Origin: Stramenopiles sp. TOSAG23-2
Taxonomy: Eukaryota
NCBI GenBank assembly: GCA_900128395.1
Contig: LT649291.1
Location: forward strand, 1 to 44,814
Direction: 5' to 3'
DNA: 44,814 nucleotides
Shown here: positions 22,057-33,361 of the stretch, piece after piece
How positions within the stretch are numbered: position 1 is the stretch's first letter
Layout of the letters: every line of letters begins with the position of its first letter
Position numbers and translations under genes: made by a program
The notes under the pieces: model-generated
Seen by the model: only the letters and a program-made list of their open reading frames with translations
Database searches by the model: none
What the model was told of the DNA's origin: nothing

Positions 22057-22900
22057 TTATAACTCTTCCGATATGTATATTGGCTTCTTGCCATCATAAT
22101 CAAATGCATTATATTCATACTGATTCGATCCAGTCAAAATATCATTCCATAATGTATTTATATGTTTCGGCCAATGCGTTTCCTTTTTTCCATGTGCTCT
22201 GTGATTGAATTCGAATTTTGTAGTATATATAAGCCGGATTCTTTTCCCTTGAATCTCGAGTGTTGTATGGTCCTTATCCATATTTTCTTCCATTAATAAA
22301 TCTAAAATATGCCTCTCAATAAATACTAGATCATGTAACGGTTTCATCATTATTATCGTTCGAATATTTTTTTGATTTTGAAGGCAATTCACATGATGAG
22401 ACATATGCTTTGCCATTGTATCCACTAAAAATAAATTCCATCAATACATTTCCGTTATCATTGGCATCTTTAATACGAAATGCGGCACCTTCAAAAGTAT
22501 AGTATTCAAAATGTTCGTTTTTTTCCAATGTCTTATCCTGTAATTCGCGGCCATGATGGTCAATTTGAAAAATATTGATTTTTACACCAGCTGTGTTATA
22601 TACGTGTAAGACACCATCTTTTTGATGATAATCACGAGCTTCATCATTTTCCTCGCCAATATGTTGATTCGGTAAAAGGTCAAATGTAGAAAGTTGTGGG
22701 CACAAATGTCTAAACTCTGGATCATTTTTATACTGACATGGTAAATTCGGACATCGTCTCAATATAAGGAAAGGATCTTTGAGATTATGTATATTATTTT
22801 CTTTCAAAGGATCTTTCTGTATAATATTTCTTGTAATGCAAATAATTGGCTGTTGCGATATTAAATATAATATTACTACCAAGAAGAAGCAAAAATGCAT
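22057..22900 (-). CDS. Secretory-pathway protein with VHL-beta-like domain, split by a +1 frameshift (ORFs 22331..22915 and 22057..22425)
   Basis: ATG at 22900 gives a signal-peptide-like MHFCFFLVVILYLIS. VYNTAGVKINIFQIDHHGRE...YTFEGAAFRIKD resembles the VHL beta-domain. The overlapping second ORF ends in SEEL. A7 run at 22367-22373. Confidence 0.55.
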
Positions 22901-23497
22901 GATAGAAACAGCCAATATCTGTAGATGGTTCTTCTTGAATGTATTCTGAATGACTTTATTCCGGTTGGTTGTTGTCTGTATGTGGTGGAAGAATCCATCT
23001 GAAATGTGTACATCACATTTAATAGTATATGTAATAAAAATATATTATTTTTTCGTTTGGGATGGTTCGAGAATCGAGAAGAATGAATTAAACATAGGGT
23101 TCAATAATAATATTAGACTACATACAGTATATAATATATAAAAATTACATGAATACAGTACAAGTTAGTATTAATACAGTACAGTAGTGCTATTTGTATT
23201 CCATAAATTGAAATTAAAATACCCTTAAAATTAAAATCTTAAATAATTTGAAGACCAGTGTACACTACTAAGTAGATACCGTACTATTATACTAATTGAA
23301 CTAATAAAAAAAACACAATGTGCCAATGGATAATATATTATTAAAATCATACTAAATCTAGAGACTAAAAGTAACAGAAGAGAAAGAGATATTTCATGGA
23401 TATGTAAGATGATGTATTATACAAAATACAAAAAAGGAACCAAAAAAGTTAGATTCATTGTATTCATCATTAATAAATAGTAATATTGACAATTACG

Positions 23498-24382
23498 ATG
23501 TCTGGCGAATCTTCGTCGATGAACTATGAATTGTTTACACCATTGGTTTGGTTCCTAGCATGTTTAATATCTTTTGTAATTATTACCATTTTAAGAAGAA
23601 AAGACTCGTCTGTTTTTAATGAAAATATTAAAGAAAGTCAAGGAAGAGTCTTGGCAAAAATATTTAGCATCTATTTAGTGATGCACATAATTTCTAATGC
23701 ATTTAATTTAACAGCATACGCTTTGCCACAATATTCATATAGTATCCAGACAATTGGAAATTTAGTGGTAGCTATAGCTGCACCAGTTTATATAGTTTTG
23801 TCTACGGCTTTGATTTTTAATGGACAATTTTTATATTTCAAGAATGCAATGCTAATAGGAACGCTTATTTACATTCCTTATTTTCTAATATACATATCGG
23901 TACCAAATGATACAAGGATTTTGTTGTTATTTTCATTTTATTTGGTTGCTGCTACGTATGCTTATATAGGCACATGGTTTGTATTTCATCGCCATGGCTA
24001 TAAAAGTGAAAAAAGAGAATATCAAGCTTTTTTTTTTGTATTTGCTTCTACAATTGGTATGATTGATTTTTTATTGCCAGCATTTGCTTTCCTTTTCAAT
24101 AAAGAAAAAATGAAAGAATTTTCTTTTCTTGGCCGTGTCCTTGATTCCATATTTTATTTGCCAATTGTAATTGCTTGTATTGTATGGTTGGATACAAAGG
24201 ATATGTATCATATCAATAGTAATCAAGATGGTGCAAAATATAAAGAAGATAGTAACATTTTATTAGATGAACGTAACAACAATGCTGCTGATGATGAAGA
24301 TAATGATCGGAATTCTTTAAAAAAAAAGAAATCAAACAAAAATAGAAAGCCATCAAAGGTTGCAACCAAAATAAATCAATAG
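23498..24382 (+). CDS. Predicted seven-transmembrane protein
   Basis: Seven hydrophobic segments followed by a charged C-tail. First ATG is at 23498 (track start is TTG). Confidence 0.7.
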   Translation: MSGESSSMNYELFTPLVWFLACLISFVIITILRRKDSSVFNENIKESQGRVLAKIFSIYLVMHIISNAFNLTAYALPQYSYSIQTIGNLVVAIAAPVYIVLSTALIFNGQFLYFKNAMLIGTLIYIPYFLIYISVPNDTRILLLFSFYLVAATYAYIGTWFVFHRHGYKSEKREYQAFFFVFASTIGMIDFLLPAFAFLFNKEKMKEFSFLGRVLDSIFYLPIVIACIVWLDTKDMYHINSNQDGAKYKEDSNILLDERNNNAADDEDNDRNSLKKKKSNKNRKPSKVATKINQ

Positions 24383-24523
24383 ACCACCCGTGTTATATAC
24401 GTATATGTAATAATATATATATTATATTATTAATACTTTTTGTACATATCATATTTAAATACACGTATTAAACTCTAATTTACGACTCGTAAAAATTATA
24501 TACGAGTATTTTTTTTTTTAATA

Positions 24524-24632
24524 TTTAACTCATGATAAATTCCTATGCATATGATACTCTTCAAAAAAAGAATATGAGATATATCATACCATCAGGGAGT
24601 CAGGGAGAATAACTGTGAGACAATAACTGTGA
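24524..24632. repeat. Dispersed repeat copy 2 (with insertions)
   Basis: TTTAACTCATGATAAATTCCTATGCATATGATACTCTTCAAAAAAAGAATA...AATAACTGTGA (twice). Confidence 0.7.
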
Positions 24633-24653
24633 TACATAAAGCTCTCATGTATT

Positions 24654-27600
24654 TTATACTCTTAATTTTCCATCATCATTGGAATCACCACCACCACATA
24701 TCTCATGAGGTGTAACAATGTCACGTGCCAATTCGTTCATTTTTAATAAGCATTCTTTCAATGCAACTGGAAATGTCATTGAATCATATCGTATATTATG
24801 TTTTTTGCAGAGCTCCTGGACCATTGGTTGTACTAAATGCAAATTATGCCTTGGTAATTGAGGAAATAAATGATGTTCAATTTGATACTCTAAGCCTCCG
24901 TGCAAAATATGCTCCCAGTTTCTACCTTCGCAATCTATATTTCGTGTTGTGCGTAATTGAAATTCAAAAAATCCCATTTTTCTTTCTTCCTCTTTAAAAA
25001 AACTCTCTGTTGCAATATGGCTAACTAATAACTGCACGTGCAACGTCCCAACAATAATACATAGACATGCGAAATAAAAAAATCTATCTAGATTATTATC
25101 GAAAGTGCAAAACATAAGCAATGAGAATAGCATCCAATGAATCGACATGCCAACAACATCCATCATAGCTTGTCTTTTCTTAAAACAATTTATAGATGTA
25201 TGAATAATGGACAAACGGCAAAGATTAAAGCGTCCGATAAGCAATGCGAACGGTATTAAAGTACAATGCTGCATGGATACAAACGAATTCGAAACGTAGG
25301 CCAGGACGGAATTTTGAGTTGGATTGAATCGAGAAGGTCCTCTTAATTCTTTTTTTGTAATCATAAAAAATGGCAACATGTTGTACTGGGGATCTTCTCG
25401 TGGGCGGACTGTTATTGCGTGGTGTAAATTATGTTCTACCAACCACATATCGGAACTGATGCCAAAAACAACACTGCCAACAAACCATCCATACCAATTT
25501 ACCGGCCCCCTTTTATCGCCCAATGGAATAATACCATTGTGCAAAGCATCGTGTGATATAAATGCAGCTTGAACTAAACCCATTCCAACCAAAAAAGCGG
25601 ATAATATCATCGATCCTTTGTCCGGGCTATTACGAACTACAAGAAATACGCCAGAACAAATTAACGATAACCATATCAAATGTTTTTGCATGTAGTACAT
25701 ATGATTGCATTCAAAGTATCCTTCCTCCCATAATTGTTTGCGCAATTTGCGATAGTCTTCCGTCGCATCCATTTTAGATGTTTTTATTGGACATTCTAGC
25801 ATTCCAATTAAATACAACTTTAAATATTTCTTAACATATGCTTTATGAAAAGCTTCAAATTGATCACTTGCCTCGTATCCAGCATATTTCATAATAATTT
25901 CCTTACCACCAGGATGTTTCGATACAAACGTCGTAATATCATATACGAGACCATTTATAATTATCCATGCATCTTGTTCATTATCATGCTTTGATATTTC
26001 TTCAATTGAATGTTGTGATAAGCATTTTGATTGGTCGGTTTCGTGAAGTGCTGATGCGTCATCACCTTTACCTTCACCCTCATTATACTTCATTTCTTCC
26101 ACAAAACCCTCATGAACTTCAAAGCTTTTCGATTCTTCATTATTATGATAGACCGGTGCAACTACATCTACTACATCATCAGCTTTGTTTTCAAACATGG
26201 AGTTACCTTCAGCATTTGCGCCACATCCTATAAAATCCGACATTATTACCATCGCAATACTAACAAATGTACCGACTGGAAGAGCAATCCAAAAACTCCT
26301 TGTAAGTACAAACGTGATCCACCAACTCACCACCCAAACCCCCGCTTCAAGTGCACTGCGAAACGTGTACACCTCCCAATTGGCTACTGTCTCCGTGAAC
26401 CTTCCTTGAAGCAATGTACCCACGCGGCGTGTCAAGGACCAATACATAAAAAATCTCCCTGCAATCAAATAACCTGCACCAGCCATTGCCGTCAATAAAC
26501 TAGCAGTATAAACACTATGTGAATTATGAATAATAAAATATGATGAAGCTAATCCAAAATAACCAAAAATACATAATGGTACCAATCGTACTTCCTTCGG
26601 CTCCTCGGATGCACCATCATCTGTGCCAAGTGTATTCAATTCACCAAAAATGCAGATTAATATACCGGTCAATGTACCAGCTTGTACAGCTAATAAAAGA
26701 CTACCATATGCGGTATATGCACCAATAGTAACCCCTGTCCACACCATACTTTCAAGCGCACTTCGCATTGGATACGACGACCAATTTTCAAGTGTACAAT
26801 AAATTCTATCTTGTATGACACGACCTAACCTATTCGTTTTATCATATTGTAAAAAAATTCTAGCAACACTCAATAATAATGTTGCAGCAGATGCACATAT
26901 TACAGCTGCGAGTATTAGATCGTTGCAAATTGAATACGTCATTGTAAATAAATTGTATCCATAAATAGTTAAAGTGAATAAGGTTCCACTTTTGCGTGTG
27001 TCAAAGATAGCATCAGATTCCCTTTCTATAAAGGTTTGTTTCTTGCTGCTGCTGCTGATACTATTATTTTGAGATTGTTGTAAATTATTATTTTCACCAC
27101 TACTACTTTTAAAATTTCCATCAATATTATCAACAGCATTATTTGCAACTTTTAGATTATCAATGTCTTCATGTTCTCCAGCAGCCTCTAAACCAGCTCT
27201 ACGCAATAGAATTTCTACATTCTTAATGTACGGTGCAGTAGTATCACCAACAATGGCTACAAAACAACCTGCAAACGAGCCGCATAAAACACTTTGTAAA
27301 ACAGATTTTGAATGACCCCAGGTCCCAAAACCTGTGGAGCGTAGCGTATGAATCAGGGATGTGTTAGAGGGTGTCTTTTTTTTAGGTTTAGGGTAATAGA
27401 ATTTACTTACAGACGCCAAACCAAATACATAATTCAATAAACGAACGGAGCGTCTCGTCTTCCCAATTTTTTTTAACGGCATTTATATCTCCTACACGGT
27501 GATAAATTATAAAACCAATTTCTCTTGTCCCTTCCCAACGGACTAATATACCGGGAACCATTAGTAACGCAAAACCAGCGACTAAAGCAATAGCAAAAAG

Positions 27601-27870
27601 TCCTAAGGCAGAGTCATGTTCTTTTAAATAACCCCATTTAACTTGTAAATTTAACGCAACTCTAAGTGCAACGGCTACTCCAGCGACAGCTAGAACAATG
27701 GAACCTCTACTATTATTTTTTGGACAACAGATGGATACGCGACTGTGTTTCTCATTATCATTGAAATCTTTATTTTGAAATTTTGTTAATTTACTATTTT
27801 TAACAAATAAGTCATCGTTAATTTTCGTATAAAAGGGTGAACGAAATGTTTTCTTCTTAACGGATGTCAT
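24654..27870 (-). CDS. Cytochrome b5-fused front-end fatty acid/sphingolipid desaturase with long membrane N-terminus; join(27870..27411,27331..24654), 1045 aa
   Basis: HPGG heme motif and His boxes HDALH, HNLHH, QIEHH. A GTAAGT...CTAAC...CAG intron joins the two ORFs in frame (WFGV-C-FGTWG). Confidence 0.9.
27332..27410 (-). other. Spliceosomal intron, 79 nt, phase 1
   Basis: 5' GTAAGT, branch-like CTCTAAC, 3' CTCCACAG. Removal restores the frame and completes the first copy of a three-fold protein repeat. Confidence 0.9.
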
Positions 27871-28608
27871 GTTTCAACAAACATAAATAGAACTTTTTAA
27901 TAGAAAAAAATGTGTGTGTACCTGTGTGTGATTGTGTACTTCTGTGTTTGTTTATATATAGGTGTTTATATCTACAAGTTTTACGTTGTGTTGTATCGTA
28001 CTGTATGTGGTCTGTATTTCATATTGATGATGTCTTCCGTTAGTTAGTTCATTCATTTATTCAGATTGTTAGTGTTTTGGTAAAGCTGCTTGTTGTGCAT
28101 GTTGCTTGTATTATTTACCTGCTTTTTTTTATCACCACCTACTGTACCTTCTATTCATTAGAAAAAAAGAGGAAAAATTTAAATTATTATTATTATTTGT
28201 CAACTATTTATATTAATACCTGCACAGTGTATAAGATAATAATGACAATGCTGGATCTATAATAGTAGAAGAGCAGTGCTGGTAATATGGTGGTATTCAT
28301 TATATGCTGGTATGCAATGCACAACTCTTCTTTTTTTCTAATAATAATTCTGACCAGCATATAATAGCACCATAAGCAGCAGACGACAGAATACAGTAAT
28401 AGCTAGAGCTACTGTAATATAATTTCAATAAAATGTATGATGTAGAGAGGATCCGCCGCCGATCGCATGATCCGCGCGCCTCCTGTGCTAATAAAATGTA
28501 TATATTTAAAATATATTCACCAATACAAAAGTGTATACTCTACATACAAGTACACAAAAACATACATAACATACATATACGGCTCATATTATAATAAAAA
28601 TAGATTAA

Positions 28609-30243
28609 ATGGCTTCAATTAAAAAGAAAACATGGGCTAGACGTATAAGTAAGACGCCAGTGTCGTTTAATAATAATAATAATAATAATAATAATCAGTA
28701 CATTCAACAAAATTTATCGTCTGCAGACGCTAATACACCTTCAAAAAACATAAATGGTAAAAGTGCGCAAGGGAATGAGTATGTTGTTTTTGAAGTAGAA
28801 TCTCCAGCAGATATGAATTCAAGTATATCTGATAGTCAAATTTTTCCGTTGGTACCACCATCTTCTTTTCATGACGATACAGCAACAAATCAATTGTTTA
28901 CCAATCCCACTAAAACTGTGTCGAAACAAAACCATAAGAAATCATACCCAATAATTGGTGGTCATAAAGACCGTATCTTTCATTGTGCTTTTGCTCCTTA
29001 CAAAGTTGGAAATAATTTAGATATTTTTGCTACTGCATCAGAAGATGGTAGTTTATGTATTTGGGAATTAATATATGGGCCATACCATTCATTACCAGAC
29101 CAATATAAAAAGTCCGTATGGAAAGGAGAAATAGCAGAAGATACAAAAAATAAAAAAAATGAATCTTCAAGCTTTAGCAATAATATTGTAGGAAAAATTG
29201 GGGATGCTGTATATTATTATGACTCGACGTCTAATGAAAAAAACGGTGAGAACGGTGAGAATGACGGCATGGATAATAATACAGTATATCGCATACGTTA
29301 TTTACGAAAATTGCATGGGCATCATGATGAATGTTTACGTGCTTGTTGGGGACGAGGTATCAGTTCGAATTTGATTGCTAGTGCAGGTGCAGATGGCAAC
29401 GTCATATTTTGGGATTTACGTACATTTAAACAACACAGTGTTTTACGACATGGGCCGAACCAACAAATATATGTATGTAATTTTTTCCCTGAAGATGGTT
29501 CTGCCTTGTTAACTGGGTATGATAACTTATTATCGATGTGGGATGTCGAACGAAAAACTATTGTGTGCCAATGGTCTTTTCTTTCCTCACAAGTCAACAA
29601 CATTTCTAATAATAATAGTAATAATAATACCAAAACAAGAAGAAATTTAGAAGCTGAAAGGCCATATATTTACTCTGGTGATAGTTCTTTACATCGATGT
29701 TTAACTGCAGCAGGCTTGTCTGATGGTTCAATTCGCATTATTGATCCTCGCTCTGGTACTACATGCTCTTCTTTTAAAGCACATGATAGCTATATTTGTG
29801 ATGTTAACTTCTCCCCAAATGACGGTAATTATTTAGTTTCATCCAGTGGTAATGGAAGTATGAAAATTTGGGATGTCCGTAAACTAGATACAGAAAAAAC
29901 ATATGGTATTAATATAAGTTCTCCGCATTGTTTAATGTCATTTGGACAGGAGAAACAACGAGCACCTATATATGGCTGTGCATGGGGTAAAAGCAATGCC
30001 ACATCAATAAAGGGGTTGTCCATTTACTCATGGTCGATTGATGGCAGTTTACGACAATACAATGCACAGAATGGTTTGGAATATTCAAGTATACCATCGT
30101 CTCCAAATGATAACTTTCCAATATTATCATTTGATTCAACATTAGAAGGTAATATTGGTATATTTTGTGGTGGTACAAATAGTAGTAAATGTGATAATGG
30201 TGGAAGTAGCACTTTTCATTTAGTACCATTGTCTAGTCGATAA
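28609..30243 (+). CDS. WD40-repeat protein
   Basis: GHKDRIF...ASEDGSLCIWE, GHHDECL...AGADGNVIFWD, AHDSYICDVNFSP...SGNGSMKIWD. Confidence 0.9.
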   Translation: MASIKKKTWARRISKTPVSFNNNNNNNNNQYIQQNLSSADANTPSKNINGKSAQGNEYVVFEVESPADMNSSISDSQIFPLVPPSSFHDDTATNQLFTNPTKTVSKQNHKKSYPIIGGHKDRIFHCAFAPYKVGNNLDIFATASEDGSLCIWELIYGPYHSLPDQYKKSVWKGEIAEDTKNKKNESSSFSNNIVGKIGDAVYYYDSTSNEKNGENGENDGMDNNTVYRIRYLRKLHGHHDECLRACWGRGISSNLIASAGADGNVIFWDLRTFKQHSVLRHGPNQQIYVCNFFPEDGSALLTGYDNLLSMWDVERKTIVCQWSFLSSQVNNISNNNSNNNTKTRRNLEAERPYIYSGDSSLHRCLTAAGLSDGSIRIIDPRSGTTCSSFKAHDSYICDVNFSPNDGNYLVSSSGNGSMKIWDVRKLDTEKTYGINISSPHCLMSFGQEKQRAPIYGCAWGKSNATSIKGLSIYSWSIDGSLRQYNAQNGLEYSSIPSSPNDNFPILSFDSTLEGNIGIFCGGTNSSKCDNGGSSTFHLVPLSSR

Positions 30244-31106
30244 GTTTAGGAAATTGGTGTATTGTATTTTCACATATTTGTGTGTGTGGTTGTGTATGTG
30301 TGTGTGTGTGTATTACATTATTAATAAGACGACTATAAAATGCATCATTACATATATCTTTTAGCAGGCCCTCTAATATAGGCCGTACACAGCATTAGGG
30401 GGGGGGGGGTTGTTGTTAACTAAGTGCGGTAGGTGCGTAGAGCTATAGTATTTTGAAAGTAGGAATATACCAGGAATCCCCTTAAATTTTGAATGCCACC
30501 TTGTAATCTGGACCTGGAAAACCTCTGGAGAGAGGTGGATGCGATGCGTTGGCTTGCTGGGCGTGTTGGCCAGGTTGGCACATTTTGCTTGTAATGTGGA
30601 CTTTGCGATCTTCAGTAATTTCTTCATTCAATAGTATTTCAATGCTGGAATGGAAATAAAGAGGATACTTTTTTTCAAAGAACGAAACATCTTTTGCTTG
30701 CACGTAGCGATCAAAATAACCCTATTCACTATTGAAAAGAAGGGATGAATTGATTTAAAAAACATAGTATATCAGATGGGTGTGCATGGACATAGATTGA
30801 TACATACAGATATTAAATTATACAAACAACATAAACCAATATTATACTCCAAAACAATATCAAAATATTATTATATATAGATACAACAAATATCATAAAG
30901 AAATAATATACTTTTCATCTTGGAATATTTTTTCGAGTCTACTAATAAATAATATACATTGTACATTATATAAATATACTACAGTAACACAAAAAGAAAG
31001 TGGACGTCTTGGAAAAAAAAAAAAAAGAAAGGGTTGATAGTTTATTGTTGGACTAAACAAATACTTGTAATATAATTATACATATACATATACATCATAT
31101 AAAACA

Positions 31107-32822
31107 ATGAAATCGCTATTGAAACGATTGTGGAAAGGTAGGAGCAAGTCATCTTCATCATCTAATAATGCTTCTTTAAAAATGTCAAGTGATGAGGATG
31201 TAGAAGTGCCTGTTATGAAAGTGTTAGGATCACGCATCATACCACGTTCCTTAGTAGATACTGCACACTTAAGTATTTTAAATCATTGTGCAGAAGAGGA
31301 TGGTGCTGTGACGTCAATTACGCTACGACTTGGAGCAACTCCGCCAGGCGATGGGACGGATTGGGAAGCGAGAATTTATGACAAATCTGGCCCAAGGGAG
31401 TTTGTATTAATATCCAGGGCACGATTACATATTAATATACGTTCGCTAGTTGAGCAAGAAATTGTATTGTCAAAAGCTTTGCCTATTAAGAAAGGGCAAT
31501 ATGTTGGTTTGACCAATCGCTCTGGCCGCCTATCAGTCACATACACACGTGGTTGGGCTGCTGATACGACAACGAATCGAGATTTCTGGGATTTGTGGTA
31601 TCAAGAAATACAACCAAGTGCAGAATTGAATAGTAAATCATCAGCTATGCTTTTATGGAATGGCCGTGTTGGTTGGTATGCATCTATGCGTGAAGATCCA
31701 CCTGAACCTATGGTGGAAAAAGTGAAAAGTACCATGGGGTTTGACATAGGACAGTTATGGCATGATAAGGAAATGACTGATGTTGTTTTTGAAGTTGGCG
31801 TTGAAAAAACTGGTATACGAGCACACAAAATTATATTGAAAGCACGTAGTCGATATTTTGCTGCACTTTTAGCTGGTGGTTTTGCAGAAGGGGTTACGAA
31901 AGCAAAACATATTGTAATTAATGACACAAGCCCAGAGGCATTTACAAAAGTCTTGGAATGGCTATATACCGATGAAATAACGGATGTGCACGCTGGCATT
32001 GCAGCTGAAGTGCTGCAAGCTGGTTCCAAATACTGTTTAGATGGCTTAGTAGCTGCATCTGAAATTGTATTGAAGGAATACGTGACTGCGGAATCCGTAG
32101 GTGAAATTTATCAATTAGCAACTGATACAAATGCAAACCAATTACTTGATTATTGTAAATATTATGCAAGAAAACATTCGGGGCGCATATTGAAGGTAAT
32201 CAATCCTGAAAATGCATCTTGTATGCTAGATTTAGCGCGCAATAGCAAAGTTAAATCGATTAAAGAACGTTGCGAGAAACTTTTGAGACAAAGGGCGGTG
32301 ATGGGCTCACACAGTCAAAAATTACTTCCAATAGTATACAATGATGAGCAGAACGAAGAAGGAAAAGCTGGACCGAAAAAAGGCATCAGTAGAAATAGCT
32401 ATAACAACAGGAAGAAAAAAGATCATCGCAAACGACGTAGCGATTTATCGGCAAGAAGCAAGAAATTATGGGGATTAGACTCCAATGAAAATATTGTAAA
32501 TGTTAATAATGATTTTGATAACGAAGAGGGGGAAGCACAAAAAGAAGAGGGTGAACAAGATGACAATTTGGATAGTAGCGGTTGGTTAAATGATGAAATA
32601 GATGAAGATGACGTTCAGGATGATGAGGAAAAAACGAATGAAACAAACACTGTAGAAGAAAAAGCTACTAGTAAATCATTAAAAGTTGCCACCAATAATG
32701 ACGGTAGTATCGCACAATTAAAATCCCTTGCTGCTATGGAAGAGAATGATGAAAACGTGGATGATAATATTGAAGAATTAAGTGTACAAATTGTTGGTAG
32801 AGAAAGAGTTTGGAGTGGTTAA
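31107..32822 (+). CDS. BTB/POZ (plus BACK-like) domain protein
   Basis: TDVVFEVG...IRAHKIILKARSRYFAALL...INDTSPEAFTKVLEWLYTD. Acidic tail. Confidence 0.88.
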   Translation: MKSLLKRLWKGRSKSSSSSNNASLKMSSDEDVEVPVMKVLGSRIIPRSLVDTAHLSILNHCAEEDGAVTSITLRLGATPPGDGTDWEARIYDKSGPREFVLISRARLHINIRSLVEQEIVLSKALPIKKGQYVGLTNRSGRLSVTYTRGWAADTTTNRDFWDLWYQEIQPSAELNSKSSAMLLWNGRVGWYASMREDPPEPMVEKVKSTMGFDIGQLWHDKEMTDVVFEVGVEKTGIRAHKIILKARSRYFAALLAGGFAEGVTKAKHIVINDTSPEAFTKVLEWLYTDEITDVHAGIAAEVLQAGSKYCLDGLVAASEIVLKEYVTAESVGEIYQLATDTNANQLLDYCKYYARKHSGRILKVINPENASCMLDLARNSKVKSIKERCEKLLRQRAVMGSHSQKLLPIVYNDEQNEEGKAGPKKGISRNSYNNRKKKDHRKRRSDLSARSKKLWGLDSNENIVNVNNDFDNEEGEAQKEEGEQDDNLDSSGWLNDEIDEDDVQDDEEKTNETNTVEEKATSKSLKVATNNDGSIAQLKSLAAMEENDENVDDNIEELSVQIVGRERVWSG

Positions 32823-33293
32823 AAGATGTACGAATCATTGTTCCGCAAGAGATGTTGTAAATGCTTAACGATTTCGTACTTAAAGAGAGCCCTTTGTGTG
32901 TGTAAATTTATAATTTTTTTTAATTTCGTTTGAGCAATTTGTTTCTTATTATCATAGTGTGTTCACAAATTTTTACTCTCATAATCTAGATCACACGCAC
33001 AGTATTGGGTTAATTTTAATATCTCAGCTTAGTGAAAGAAATATTATACGAGTCGTATATATCTACTATTCGTATCATAGATATACCTCAAAAAGCATTT
33101 TGTGTACATAGAAATTAAAGTGCGGGATCTTTTTGAAGAGGAGAGTTATAATAACATATTCGTACAAATTATAGAGAGTGGTAAAATACATCATTTTTAC
33201 GGTATCATATGTACATTTTTGAAAAGTATCGATGTACAAGAGTATACGCAGTATGCATAAGTAAGATATTGATATTTTAAAATATTTTGATAT

Positions 33294-33325
<32 letters not shown>

Positions 33326-33361
33326 AATGTAATATAAGTGTATATACAACATACCACATAT

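Noticed and set aside
22270-22333. TGA readthrough or selenocysteine at the end of the VHL-like ORF
   Set aside because: A second TGA follows five codons later and a TAA soon after. The +1 frame gives the better continuation.
27411-27482. Track start MPLKKIG for the 942-aa desaturase
   Set aside because: It is out of frame with the true exon 1 and reads through the intron. The spliced model restores the protein repeat.
30715-30726. TAACCCTA as a possible telomerase RNA template
   Set aside because: An 8-nt match is expected by chance, the telomere sequence is unknown and there is no structural support.
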